64,000 nt of DNA from Candidatus Binatia bacterium (GCA_963664395.2 OY761159.2:672001-736000), one strand, 5' to 3'. Shown: positions 48,548-58,340, counted from the first letter of the stretch. Program-made: numbers and translations. The notes: generated from the sequence alone by a model not told the origin.

Positions 48548-50818
48548 ATGACTCTCTCCCCGCAAGAGCCGACAGCCGTCAGGCCCGTCATATGTTGTAG
48601 CTGTTCCCAGCAGTGTGGCGTGCTCGCCCATATGGAGCAGGGACGGGTCACCCAGATTAGCGGCGATGCGGCGCATCCGATCAGTCAGGGCTTTATCTGT
48701 ATTAAAGGCCGCCGGGCCGCCGAACTGCACTATCAGGAGGGGCGCGTCCACTGGCCGCTCAAGCGCACCGGCCGGCGGGGCGAGGGCGCCTGGCAGCAGG
48801 TCACCTGGGACGAAGCCCTGGACGATATTGCCGCACGGCTCCAAACCTTTCAGCACCACTACGGCCCCGAAAGTGTTGCCGTCACCTTTGGCACGTTTCA
48901 TGGTGCGGACTGGGGTCTGGGCGAGCGCTTTCTGAATCTCTTCGGCAGCCCCAACAGCGCCGGGCAGGATAAAATCTGTTCCGGCCCAACAGCCATGGCC
49001 GAGGCCCTGACCTATGGCTATGGTCCAACTTCGCACACCTCTCCCGTCCCCGGTCTGACGAAATGCATTGTGCTGTGGGGGATGCGCCCGAGCGCCTCGC
49101 TGCCCCTGCTGTGGAAGCAGATCGTCAAGGCCCACCGCCAGGATGCGACACTCATTGTGGTTGACCCCCATTACACTACCGAGGCAAAGCGGGCCGACCT
49201 GTGGTTGCAGCTCCGGCCTGGGACGGATGCGGCCTTAGCCCTAGGCTGGCTGTCCGTGCTGATTGAAGAAGGTCTGTACGACCGGGAGTTTGTCGAGCAG
49301 TACACCACCGGGTTCGACGCCTTGCGACAGCACGTGGCCGCCTACCCACCGCAGCGGGCCGCCGAACTCAGCTGGGTCCCACAGGAACTCCTGGTCAAAG
49401 CGGCGCGGCTGTTTGCCCGCAGTCGGCCCGGCCTTATCAATAGTGGCAACGGGGTATGCCAGCTCGGCCCAACCAGCCTCCAGAGTACCCGCGCGATTGC
49501 CTGTCTGGTGGCCATTAGCGGCAATCTGGATAAAGAGGGTGGCCACTGCCTGCCCGGCCCTCCCCGTCAGATTGTGGCCAACGGGGACGCCATGCTGATG
49601 GACCGGCTGCCCGAAGAACAGTGGCGCAAACGACTGGGGCTTGATCGGTATCGTCTGCTGGGCGACGGGTATAAACGGCTCGATGCGGCCATGGCGCCGG
49701 CCTGGCACGGCAAACATCACCTGCTGAGTTGGACGGCTTCGGCCCATGAGCCCAGCCTGTGGCAGGCGATTACCCAGGCCGAGCCGTATCCGGTCAAGGG
49801 CCTGATTGTCCAGCACCATAATCCGCTGGGTGGAAGCGGCAATGCCAAACGGGTCGAACAGGCGCTGCGAAGCGCCAACCTGGAACTGCTGGTGGTCCAC
49901 GACCTGTTTCTGTCTCCGACCGCTCAGTTGGCCGACTATGTGCTGCCAGCCAGTCACTGGCTCGAAAAGCCATCCTTCTCCACTGGCCTGGGCTATATGG
50001 GCACTGCCGGCGATTACGCTGCGGCGAGCCACGCGGCCATTGAGCCCGAGCAGGGTCACCGGAACGATTATGAGCTGTGGAGAGACCTCGGGCGGCGGCT
50101 AGGTCAGGAGGCGGATTGGCCGGAGACCGTTGAGGAGTTCTGGGATAGCTGTCTGCGACCGGCCGGCCTCAGTTTTCACACCCTTGCTCAGCAGAGTGGA
50201 CCGTGGATGTCCGCTACGCCACGCTACGGGAAATTCACCGGTCGGTCGGCCCAAGACGCTGGGCTGCGCTTTGGTACCCCATCCGGGAGGGTGGAGTTAC
50301 GCTCAGCCATCCTGGCCGAACTCGACTACCCGGCCCTGCCCGTCTACGAGGAACCGGAAATCTTTACGCGCTGGTCAAGCGACTATCCGCTAGTGCTGAC
50401 AACCGGCGGGCGGGTGATCGAAGGCTTTCACCAAAACAGTCAGCAGATGCCCTGGTTCCGCAAGAAATATCCCCACCCGGTGGTCCAGCTTCACCCGCAC
50501 GCCGCAGCGGAACTCGGCATTGAAGACGGGACGTGGATCAGCATCGAGACCCCAATCGGCAGCGTACGGCACGTCGCCCGTTTGAATGAAACCCTCCATC
50601 CGCGCGTCGTCCAGGCCGACCGCTGGTGGTATCCCGAGCGCCCAGGGCACGATCCGGAGCTGTACGGCCTACGGGAAACAAATATCAATATGTGTACCGA
50701 CGACGACCCGGCGCAGTGCGACCCCATGATGGGCACCTGGCTACTGCGCGGCCTCCCCTGTCGGCTGGTCAAGACGGAGCAGGCACCACCGCCCGGTTCT
50801 TCAACAACGGAACAATAA
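48548..50818 (+). CDS. Molybdopterin (Mo/W-bisPGD) oxidoreductase, acetylene-hydratase-like, with 4Fe-4S site
   Basis: CxxCxxxC...C, RFLNLFGSPN, RPGTDAAL, TAQLADYVLP, TPSGRVEL. Confidence 0.88.
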   Translation: MTLSPQEPTAVRPVICCSCSQQCGVLAHMEQGRVTQISGDAAHPISQGFICIKGRRAAELHYQEGRVHWPLKRTGRRGEGAWQQVTWDEALDDIAARLQTFQHHYGPESVAVTFGTFHGADWGLGERFLNLFGSPNSAGQDKICSGPTAMAEALTYGYGPTSHTSPVPGLTKCIVLWGMRPSASLPLLWKQIVKAHRQDATLIVVDPHYTTEAKRADLWLQLRPGTDAALALGWLSVLIEEGLYDREFVEQYTTGFDALRQHVAAYPPQRAAELSWVPQELLVKAARLFARSRPGLINSGNGVCQLGPTSLQSTRAIACLVAISGNLDKEGGHCLPGPPRQIVANGDAMLMDRLPEEQWRKRLGLDRYRLLGDGYKRLDAAMAPAWHGKHHLLSWTASAHEPSLWQAITQAEPYPVKGLIVQHHNPLGGSGNAKRVEQALRSANLELLVVHDLFLSPTAQLADYVLPASHWLEKPSFSTGLGYMGTAGDYAAASHAAIEPEQGHRNDYELWRDLGRRLGQEADWPETVEEFWDSCLRPAGLSFHTLAQQSGPWMSATPRYGKFTGRSAQDAGLRFGTPSGRVELRSAILAELDYPALPVYEEPEIFTRWSSDYPLVLTTGGRVIEGFHQNSQQMPWFRKKYPHPVVQLHPHAAAELGIEDGTWISIETPIGSVRHVARLNETLHPRVVQADRWWYPERPGHDPELYGLRETNINMCTDDDPAQCDPMMGTWLLRGLPCRLVKTEQAPPPGSSTTEQ

Positions 50819-50840
50819 CATCTCACCAAGGAGGGAAGAC

Positions 50841-51311
50841 ATGAACGCTGACGATCTCGCGCAACGCATCCAAACCCTGGAGAGCATTGAAGCCATCAAG
50901 AAACTCAAAGCTCGCTACTGTGCCTTGTGCGACGCGCAATACGACGCGGACGGCATTGCCGAGCTGTTTGCCCAGGACGCAGTCTGGGATGGCGGCGACT
51001 TTGGCCGGCACGAAGGCCGCGAGGCCATCCGGACCTTTTTTCAGGGCGCGGCCGCAATTTTTCCTTTTGCCGTCCACAACGTCATGAACCCCATTATTGA
51101 GGTGGACGCGGATACCGCAACGGGGCAGTGGTATCTGTTTCAGCCGTGCACCTTGGCCGAGGGCAACCAGGCCGCCTGGCTGACCGGTCGATACACAGAG
51201 ACGTATGAGAAGCGTGACGGCGAGTGGAAATTCAAACACCTCAGCGTGACGCCCTTCTTCTTTACTCCATACGGCGACGGCTGGGTGAAAAAGCCATTTC
51301 TCGGACAGTAA
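50841..51311 (+). CDS. SnoaL/NTF2-like protein (LinA/BaiE-like)
   Basis: LESIEAIKKLKARYCALCD, HNVMNPIIEVD, GRYTETY. Confidence 0.85.
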   Translation: MNADDLAQRIQTLESIEAIKKLKARYCALCDAQYDADGIAELFAQDAVWDGGDFGRHEGREAIRTFFQGAAAIFPFAVHNVMNPIIEVDADTATGQWYLFQPCTLAEGNQAAWLTGRYTETYEKRDGEWKFKHLSVTPFFFTPYGDGWVKKPFLGQ

Positions 51312-51416
51312 CGGCCTGGTCAATAGCGGAGCGGTTGTAGCCGAACGGGTTCACTTATAAGACAATTTCCTGACAAGAACCGCTACGCTCAGGACGATAG
51401 AGGAGGAAGATTGTAC

Positions 51417-51875
51417 ATGGAGTCGATAACGCCTGAATTGATCTGGGTGCTTCTGGGTATCTCGCTTATTCTGGCGGAGTTCGTACTGCCGGGGCTCATT
51501 GCCATTTTCTTCGGTCTCGGTGCACTCGCGGTAGGCCTCTTGCTCTGGGCGGGGATGTCGGGAGAGGGAGCACTGCCCTTTGTCGTGTTCTCCAGTGTTT
51601 CTGTTGGTTCGTTGCTGCTGTTACGCGGCCTCTTCAAACCCTGGTTTACAGGTCGGTCCCTGGGCGTACAGGCCACGGGTGAAGACGAGGATTTTGTCGG
51701 CCACAAGGCCGAGGTAGTGTCCGGGTTCAGTGAATTGCGGAGTTCCACCGGCAGAGTCATCTATCGTGGCACTCAGTGGGATGCCCGCGCTGCGGTTGAT
51801 TGTGTGTTGGAAACCGGCGCTCAGGTAGAGATCGTCGGCCGCAGAGGTCCAGTGTTGATAATAGATAAGGAGTAG
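51417..51875 (+). CDS. NfeD-like (YbbJ-type) membrane protein
   Basis: LILAEFVLPG, GRVIYRGTQWDA OB domain; upstream of SPFH gene. Confidence 0.88.
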   Translation: MESITPELIWVLLGISLILAEFVLPGLIAIFFGLGALAVGLLLWAGMSGEGALPFVVFSSVSVGSLLLLRGLFKPWFTGRSLGVQATGEDEDFVGHKAEVVSGFSELRSSTGRVIYRGTQWDARAAVDCVLETGAQVEIVGRRGPVLIIDKE

Positions 51876-51879
51876 AAAC

Positions 51880-52818
51880 ATGGACATATCTCTCATTCTC
51901 TCCTTGGGATTGGCAATATTAGTCGTTGTCGCAATCGCCAAGACTGCTCGGATCGTACCCCAGAGAGAACAATTTGTGATTGAGCGGCTTGGCAAATATT
52001 CCCGTACCCTGGATGCCGGCTTCCACATACTCATCCCGTTTATGGACAGGGTGGCATATCGCCACTCTCTGAAGGAACAGGCAGTGGACGTAGCGTCCCA
52101 GACTTGTATTACCCAGGACAATATTTCGGTATCTATCGACGGCATCCTCTACATGCAGGTCGTGGACGCTCGTGCCGCCAGCTACGGCATTGAAAATTAC
52201 GCTTTTGCCGCGTCCCAGTTGGCCCAGACAACGCTGCGTTCCGAAATCGGTAGGATCGAACTGGACCGAACTTTCAAGGAACGCGAATCCATCAACACCC
52301 AGGTGGTGGACGGGGTTGACCGGGCATCTCAGCCCTGGGGTGTGAAAGTCCTTCGGTACGAGATTAAGGACATAGTCCCCCCGGCCTCCGTCAAGGACGC
52401 TCTGGAGAAACAGATGCGGGCAGAACGGGAGCGACGAGCCGTTGTGGCCGAGTCCGAAGGCCAGCGCCAGGCCAAGATCAACGTGTCCGAAGGCGAAATG
52501 CAGGAGGTTATCAACCTGTCGGAAGCGGAGAAACAGAAGCAGATCAACGAGGCAGAAGGTAAGGCCCAGGAGATCACTCTGATTGCTCAAGCTACGGCGA
52601 ACGGCTTACGGAGTATCGCTGGAGCTATCGATCAGCCTGGCGGTATTGACGCGGTGAACCTGCGTGTTGCCGAGCAGTATGTCAAAGAATTCGGTGCACT
52701 AGCTCGGACCAACAATACCCTGATCCTGCCGTCCAACCTCGGGGACATCGGCTCCCTGGTGGGCACGATCATGAAAACCGTTGAAAGCATCAAGACGGGC
52801 ACTGAAGGTCAGGGCTGA
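51880..52818 (+). CDS. SPFH/band 7 (QmcA/paraslipin-like) protein
   Basis: VIERLGKY, AQTTLRSEIG, WGVKVLRYEIKDI, QMRAERERRA. Confidence 0.93.
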   Translation: MDISLILSLGLAILVVVAIAKTARIVPQREQFVIERLGKYSRTLDAGFHILIPFMDRVAYRHSLKEQAVDVASQTCITQDNISVSIDGILYMQVVDARAASYGIENYAFAASQLAQTTLRSEIGRIELDRTFKERESINTQVVDGVDRASQPWGVKVLRYEIKDIVPPASVKDALEKQMRAERERRAVVAESEGQRQAKINVSEGEMQEVINLSEAEKQKQINEAEGKAQEITLIAQATANGLRSIAGAIDQPGGIDAVNLRVAEQYVKEFGALARTNNTLILPSNLGDIGSLVGTIMKTVESIKTGTEGQG

Positions 52819-52923
52819 CATACGACGGCAGACCGGTCAGCCATCCGGATCGTATTTTCTGAATAGCAATACAGAGTGGAGCTCAACTGGATTGATGACT
52901 CTATAGACGGAAAGGAGCAATAC

Positions 52924-53100
52924 ATGGGCACTCTGGTCATCGCCGGTGTGCAGTGGGGCGACGAAGGTAAGGGCAAGATTGTCGATCTGCTAGCGCGCGA
53001 GGCCGACGTCATCGTCCGCTTCCAGGGCAGTATTAATGCCGACCACACCCCGGTCGTCGGCAAAAAGACGATCAAGAGGAGCTGCCATGCCATCCGTTGA
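52924..53100 (+). pseudogene. purA: Degenerate 5' fragment of adenylosuccinate synthetase
   Basis: [16 protein letters not shown] intact; [11 protein letters not shown] vs consensus RFQGGNNAGHT; resemblance ends after ~50 aa. Confidence 0.9.
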
Positions 53101-53887
53101 AAGAGAACGTGGGGTCTCGGTTCATTACGACGATTACGGGCAGGGTTTGCCTCTGGTTTTTCTGCACGGCTATTCGTGCAACGCCTGGATATGGGCCTAC
53201 CAAGTGCCGCTCTTGGCCCACAAATATCGCTGCATTGTTATTGAAGCCCGGGGCCACGGACGTTCGAGCAAACCGCTGAGCGGGTACTCCATTCAAGCGA
53301 TGGCAGCAGACGATGCCGCGGTGCTGGCCTCTTTGGGAATTGACCGCGCGATTCTGGTTGGCAATTCCATGGGCGGCATGCGGGCCATGCAGATGTGCTT
53401 GGACAACCCCGACCTCGTGGCCGGCAATCTGATTATCAGCAGCGCCACAAATCTGACCCGCTTTGTGGACTCAATCGATCTGCTGAGAGACTTGCGGACC
53501 AAATACGAGGAGATGACCGACGAATTTGTGCGGCGGTGTTTTTCGCAGCGGACGCGACGCGAGCGGCCCGAGATCTGTAGCCTGCTCAAAAACAACCTGC
53601 TCGATAGCGTCGCCTTTCCGCGGCGGGTGGCCTGCGCCCTGGTCGAACACCCGGACGGCGTCTGGAATTGGGATATTACGCCCAGGCTCACGGAGATTAG
53701 CCAGCCCACGCTGATCGTGGTTGGCGAAGAGGATGAAGCCACGCCGGTTGAAGCCAACCGGATTCTGGCCGAACACATGCCCAACGCGGACTTACAGATC
53801 GTCACAGACGTTGCCCATATGTACCAGATCGAGCAGCCGCTGGCGTTCAACCAGGCGCTGGAGAACTTTGTTGCTCGGCTCGGATGA
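53087..53887 (+). CDS. Alpha/beta hydrolase
   Basis: VFLHG, RGHGRS, GNSMGG, GEED, AHM. Confidence 0.9.
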   Translation: MPSVERERGVSVHYDDYGQGLPLVFLHGYSCNAWIWAYQVPLLAHKYRCIVIEARGHGRSSKPLSGYSIQAMAADDAAVLASLGIDRAILVGNSMGGMRAMQMCLDNPDLVAGNLIISSATNLTRFVDSIDLLRDLRTKYEEMTDEFVRRCFSQRTRRERPEICSLLKNNLLDSVAFPRRVACALVEHPDGVWNWDITPRLTEISQPTLIVVGEEDEATPVEANRILAEHMPNADLQIVTDVAHMYQIEQPLAFNQALENFVARLG

Positions 53888-53902
53888 TGGAGGACCGCAC
53901 GC

Positions 53903-54319
53903 ATGCCGACCACGGAACAGGACACACACCAGATCAGGGCCGTTCTTGAGCGCTATTCCAAAAGCTGGGAGGCCATGGACTGGGAAGGGCTCAAGAGCAT
54001 CTGGGACCCGAACTATGAACACATCCTCTATATTCCCGAGGAACGCGCGGAGCCGCTCCAAGGCTGGGCCGAGGTTGAGGCATATTTTCGCCATGCCGCA
54101 CAGTCGGTCATCCGCGTTGGGGCCATGCAACTGAGCGACATCAGCATCGACGTGTTTGGCGATACGGCCTACGCTTTTTGCAATTTCCATTTTGAGGCCG
54201 ATCTCAGGCGGCTGGCCGAGCCCTTTGTGACCGGTGGACGCGACACCTTTATCCTGCGGCGTACAGACGCGGCCTGGAAAGTCATCCACTACCACGAGTC
54301 ACGGCCCCACCTCTCTTAG
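53903..54319 (+). CDS. SnoaL/NTF2-like protein
   Basis: GWAEVEAYF, GDTAYA, TFILRR, WKVIHYHES. Confidence 0.85.
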   Translation: MPTTEQDTHQIRAVLERYSKSWEAMDWEGLKSIWDPNYEHILYIPEERAEPLQGWAEVEAYFRHAAQSVIRVGAMQLSDISIDVFGDTAYAFCNFHFEADLRRLAEPFVTGGRDTFILRRTDAAWKVIHYHESRPHLS

Positions 54320-54361
54320 TGTTTGCGTAAAATTCGAGACAGCGCAAATAAGGAGGGATTC

Positions 54362-55405
54362 ATGCGCTTTGGGTTTTTCGATCAATTACCGTGCGCTCCC
54401 ACACAGTCAGAGCGTCAGCGTTACCACGATATTCTGGCCCAGATTCGCCTGGGCGATACGGTCGGCTTCGATACCGTCTGGCTGGGCGAACTGCACTTTG
54501 GGCCGAGCACCTCGATTATGGCCTCACCGCTGATGGTGCTGGCAACCGCGGCGCAGCATACCGAGCGCATCCGGCTTGGCACCGCCGTCACGCTCCTGCC
54601 GCTGCACAGCCCAATGAAAATTGCAGAAGAAGCAGCCACCGCCGATATTCTGAGCGGCGGGCGGCTGGAGTTTGGCGTCGGACGCGGCTCCGCGCCGGTT
54701 CATTACCAGGGCTATAACGTGCCCATGGAAGAGAGTCGGGAGCGCTTTGCGGAAGCGCTCGATGTTATTCGCACCGCCTGGACGACTGACCGGCTGTCCT
54801 ATCAGGGAAAGTATTTCCAGGCCGAGGACCTTCCGGTCGTACCGCGCCCCATTCAGAAACCCTATCCGCCGATGCGCATGGCGGCCAACAGCCCGGATAC
54901 TTTTGCCCTGGCAGGTCAGCTCGGCCTGTCCATCTTTGCCTCGCCGCTGATTAACCCGCCCGACAAACTACAGGGCTATATTGCGGACTACCAAGAAAAT
55001 ATGAAACCCGGCGTCCGGCCCGATGTCGCGCTGATGTTTCCCGTCCACGTTGCCGACAGCCGCGCCCAGGCCCGGGCGGAATACGAGCCGAGCCTGATGA
55101 ATTTTTTTCGAGCAGCGGGAGAACGGCTCCGTCCGCTCGGCAATACCACCATCAAAAGCTACGAAGCCTTCAAGCAGGTGGTGGAACGATTAGAGCGGGT
55201 CAATTACGAGGGGCTGGACCAAGAGATGGGCGCGTTCGGTGACCCCGCTCACTGCATTGAGCGCATTCAGCACTTCAAGCAAGAATTTCCCATGGCCGAA
55301 TTTATTGGTTATTTCAACCAGGGCGGGCTGGTCGATCACGCCATTGTCAAGCGCTCCATGGAGCGCTTTGCCAAGGAAGTCATCCCGCACTGTCGGAATG
55401 AGTAA
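54362..55405 (+). CDS. LLM-class flavin-dependent oxidoreductase
   Basis: WLGELHF, IRLGTAV, AEEAATADILSGGRLEFGVGRG. Confidence 0.92.
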   Translation: MRFGFFDQLPCAPTQSERQRYHDILAQIRLGDTVGFDTVWLGELHFGPSTSIMASPLMVLATAAQHTERIRLGTAVTLLPLHSPMKIAEEAATADILSGGRLEFGVGRGSAPVHYQGYNVPMEESRERFAEALDVIRTAWTTDRLSYQGKYFQAEDLPVVPRPIQKPYPPMRMAANSPDTFALAGQLGLSIFASPLINPPDKLQGYIADYQENMKPGVRPDVALMFPVHVADSRAQARAEYEPSLMNFFRAAGERLRPLGNTTIKSYEAFKQVVERLERVNYEGLDQEMGAFGDPAHCIERIQHFKQEFPMAEFIGYFNQGGLVDHAIVKRSMERFAKEVIPHCRNE

Positions 55406-55502
55406 ACGTGCTACCATCTGCATGTCTGTTGGAGGGCCGTTTACTCATTGTAGGACCCATTCAGTCTGGCTCGACAGTTTTTTCATTGATAAAAGGAAAC
55501 GT

Positions 55503-55784
55503 ATGAGTCAAATAGTGCAGATCGACTTCACCGCACAAATCTGGAAGGAAGGCGATCAATTTATCGCCCATGCCATGCCGCTTGATGTCATGAGCGCAGG
55601 CCAGACCCCGGATGCAGCCAGACAGGCATTAGACGAGGCAGTCTCCCTCTTTTTAGCAACAGCGACCGATATGGGCACCCTGGAGGAAGTCCTGCTGGAA
55701 ACCGGCTACGAACTGAGACAAGGGTCTTGGGTGAGCCCGCCCTGGATCGCACTGGAGAGGCACTCCGCAGCAATTGGTATTTGA
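55503..55784 (+). CDS. HicB-like antitoxin-fold protein
   Basis: IWKEGDQFIAH...LDVMSAGQTPDAARQALDEAVSLFL. Confidence 0.75.
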   Translation: MSQIVQIDFTAQIWKEGDQFIAHAMPLDVMSAGQTPDAARQALDEAVSLFLATATDMGTLEEVLLETGYELRQGSWVSPPWIALERHSAAIGI

Positions 55785-55910
55785 GGAAGAAGCAATTCTC
55801 AGTCGCTATTTTGCTGCACTACGGTGTAATTTGCTCTGGCTGCGCAACCAATATCCCGGAAGTCCAAAGCGCTCTCGGACTGTCCATTCAGTATCGTGAG
55901 GAGGTGGAGC

Positions 55911-57149
55911 GTGTCCTTCCAATTACACTACAGCATAGACGGCGAAGAGATTACCGTTGTTGCCATTGGGCTGTTTGTCGCCCCGAACAAGATGCTGCTC
56001 GAATTGATGCGACTCGGCGTGCGCGTCATCCTGGTCGAGCCCATTATGGGAGCACATCATGGCCGCGGTCTGCCCGACCGGGAGCGTGGCCCCCTGAATC
56101 GAGCCGGTGTCAGTATTCCCTGGCAGATGCTGCATCGCGGCATGCAGGCGGTGGCCATCGACTTTCGCCAGGAGGCGGGCAGACGACTCGTGCTCGACCT
56201 CATTCGGGAAACCCACGTGCTGGTCAGCAACTGGCCGCCGCGCATGGCGCCCTGGCTCGAATACGCCCATCTGGTCGAGCACTGCGGCCCGTCCGTCATT
56301 AAAATCCAGTTCGACGGCAGGCACGACGGGCGGGCGGCCAACGATTACTCCATGCAGGGGGCGACAGGCTTGGCCCACGCCACCGGCGAGCCGCACGGCA
56401 GACCGCTCACCATTCCGGTGGCGTTCTTTGATATGCTCACCGGGCTGCACGGCCTGAACGCCTTCCACGTCGCCCTGCGTCGCTTGGCGGAAACCGGACG
56501 GGGCGATTGCTATCAAATCTCTCTGGAACAGGTTGCGTTCCAAACCCTGGCGGAGTTGGGCTGGTATGCCCAGGCTGAGACAACCGGCGAGGGTCGGGAA
56601 CCCATTGGAGACAACCTGTTGGACGCCGTCCATGGTCATTACTGCGCTCGGGACGGCAAGTTCGTCACCCTGAATCTGATTGGCGATTCGGTCCTGCGTC
56701 GGCTGCGCGAAGCCACGGGACTGCACCGCCTCGCCCTCGACGAGCAGGGCCACGAGATTCACGGCGACCACGCCCGCTATGAGCAGGTCGATACGATTAA
56801 ACAACAAATTGCCGACTGGATTGCGGCCCGCCCGCAGGAAGAAGTACTCACGACCCTGCGCCAGGCCGGGCTGGTGGTCGAGCCGTGTCGGGACAGTATC
56901 GAAGCGGAACAGTACGCCCGGGGGCTGCCCTGTTTCCATCACTTTGACGACCCCGATCTCGGCTCTATCTGGGTGCCCGGCCCGGTGATCGAAGCCCGCG
57001 ACCTGGAACCCGTCGACCTGCCCAGCGCCCCCCATCCCGGTGAGCACACCCACCTCGTCCTCAAGGAAGTCCTGGGACTGGCTTCAGAGGACATAGCGGA
57101 CTTGGAAAACCAGAAGATTATTGCCGGTCCACCACCGGAGAATTCCTGA
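55911..57149 (+). CDS. Family III CoA-transferase, divergent mesaconyl-CoA C1-C4 transferase (Mct)-like; start approximate
   Basis: GLFVA, AIDFRQEAG, GRHDGRAANDY, AFFDMLTG, APHPGEHT..VL.EVLGL. Confidence 0.75.
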   Translation: MSFQLHYSIDGEEITVVAIGLFVAPNKMLLELMRLGVRVILVEPIMGAHHGRGLPDRERGPLNRAGVSIPWQMLHRGMQAVAIDFRQEAGRRLVLDLIRETHVLVSNWPPRMAPWLEYAHLVEHCGPSVIKIQFDGRHDGRAANDYSMQGATGLAHATGEPHGRPLTIPVAFFDMLTGLHGLNAFHVALRRLAETGRGDCYQISLEQVAFQTLAELGWYAQAETTGEGREPIGDNLLDAVHGHYCARDGKFVTLNLIGDSVLRRLREATGLHRLALDEQGHEIHGDHARYEQVDTIKQQIADWIAARPQEEVLTTLRQAGLVVEPCRDSIEAEQYARGLPCFHHFDDPDLGSIWVPGPVIEARDLEPVDLPSAPHPGEHTHLVLKEVLGLASEDIADLENQKIIAGPPPENS

Positions 57150-57237
57150 CCTAGGGCCGCGCGTGACTGCGCGTCGTCAATTGTGATCGCGGATTCTCCC
57201 CTCCTTGGAGGGGAGCCCTTCCGACACAGTTCCGTTT

Positions 57238-58340
57238 TCAATCAGCCTCATCCAGCCTCATCATCCGGCCATGGAACGATGCCAAACGGCAGGCGGGTGC
57301 GGCGCAGGGATAGACTCCGTTTGATTTGTCGGACGCGGCGGTTGATCGATGAGAAAAGCGCAGCCGTCTGAGCCCAAGAGAATATGATTCCGGCCCATAC
57401 GCCAGAATACTCTTTGCGTCGAGCAGCTTTTCAAAGGCAGTCAGCCAGCTTTCATAATACGTTGGTCGCGTCTCAGGTGCCTGCCGGTCCGCACTGGCAA
57501 TCTCGGCTATCAATCGCTCTTGAAACTCGGACCATTCATAGAGATGCTGTTCACATAAGGCGACCGCCATGGCAAAGGCTTCCCCTTCCCACGGGTCTTG
57601 GAACTGAAGCTCTCCACTTTTTCGAGGCAGAGCAGCATTACCGTGCATGTCAGATACCTGTCGCTGGGCACGTCGCTGAGAAAAACCGGGCGGCTGTTTT
57701 TTCCCAGGCTCGACCTGGGCCACCCCGATCATTGCATCCCGCGTGACTATGGCCATGAGCTCATCCTGTGTCATCTGCTCCGTACCGAATGGGCGCTCCG
57801 GCAGGACCATATAGCGAGTCTTGAAGTTACTGTTCCAGACCTGAATCCGGATGTCTTCGGCGAGTTCAAGCCCAAATTCCTGGAGCACCTCACGAGGCCG
57901 GCCGGTGACTCTGGAGCGATACGACTGGCTCTTATACCAGAATGGCGGCAGGCCCAGGACCGGCCAGGGTAACACGAGCATAAGGCACAAACGATCACAT
58001 TGTGCGTCTCCGGCGTATTCTCCACCACGGCCAGATGCTCGCCCTGCAAGCCGCCAAAGCCCAGCTCGGCGATGGCGGCGGTGCCATTCTCCAGCAGACG
58101 GGCCTTATAGGCGGGGTCCGTCCAGGCCCGAGCGACAACTCGACAGCCGTTCAATGGACCAATATCGTTTTCGTACGAGTCCAGAACGGTATCGAGCAAT
58201 TCATCGGAAACAAGATTTTTCTCAACAAGTAATGCCTCGATGGCTTTGACCTGAATCTCTCGTTCCCGGTTCTCGGCCACGGTCAGGAGACGTTGTTGAA
58301 ACGTCTCGGCAGGGTCGTGGACGTCGTCGTGGTCGCTCAT
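57238..58340 (-). pseudogene. nthA: Nitrile hydratase alpha subunit with one frameshift, continuing in frame into an NHase accessory domain
   Basis: [24 protein letters not shown]|[11 protein letters not shown]...[13 protein letters not shown]; one base missing at ~57967-57969; then LPRKSGEL.F..PWE..AFAMAVAL, YYESWLTAFEKL. Confidence 0.85.
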
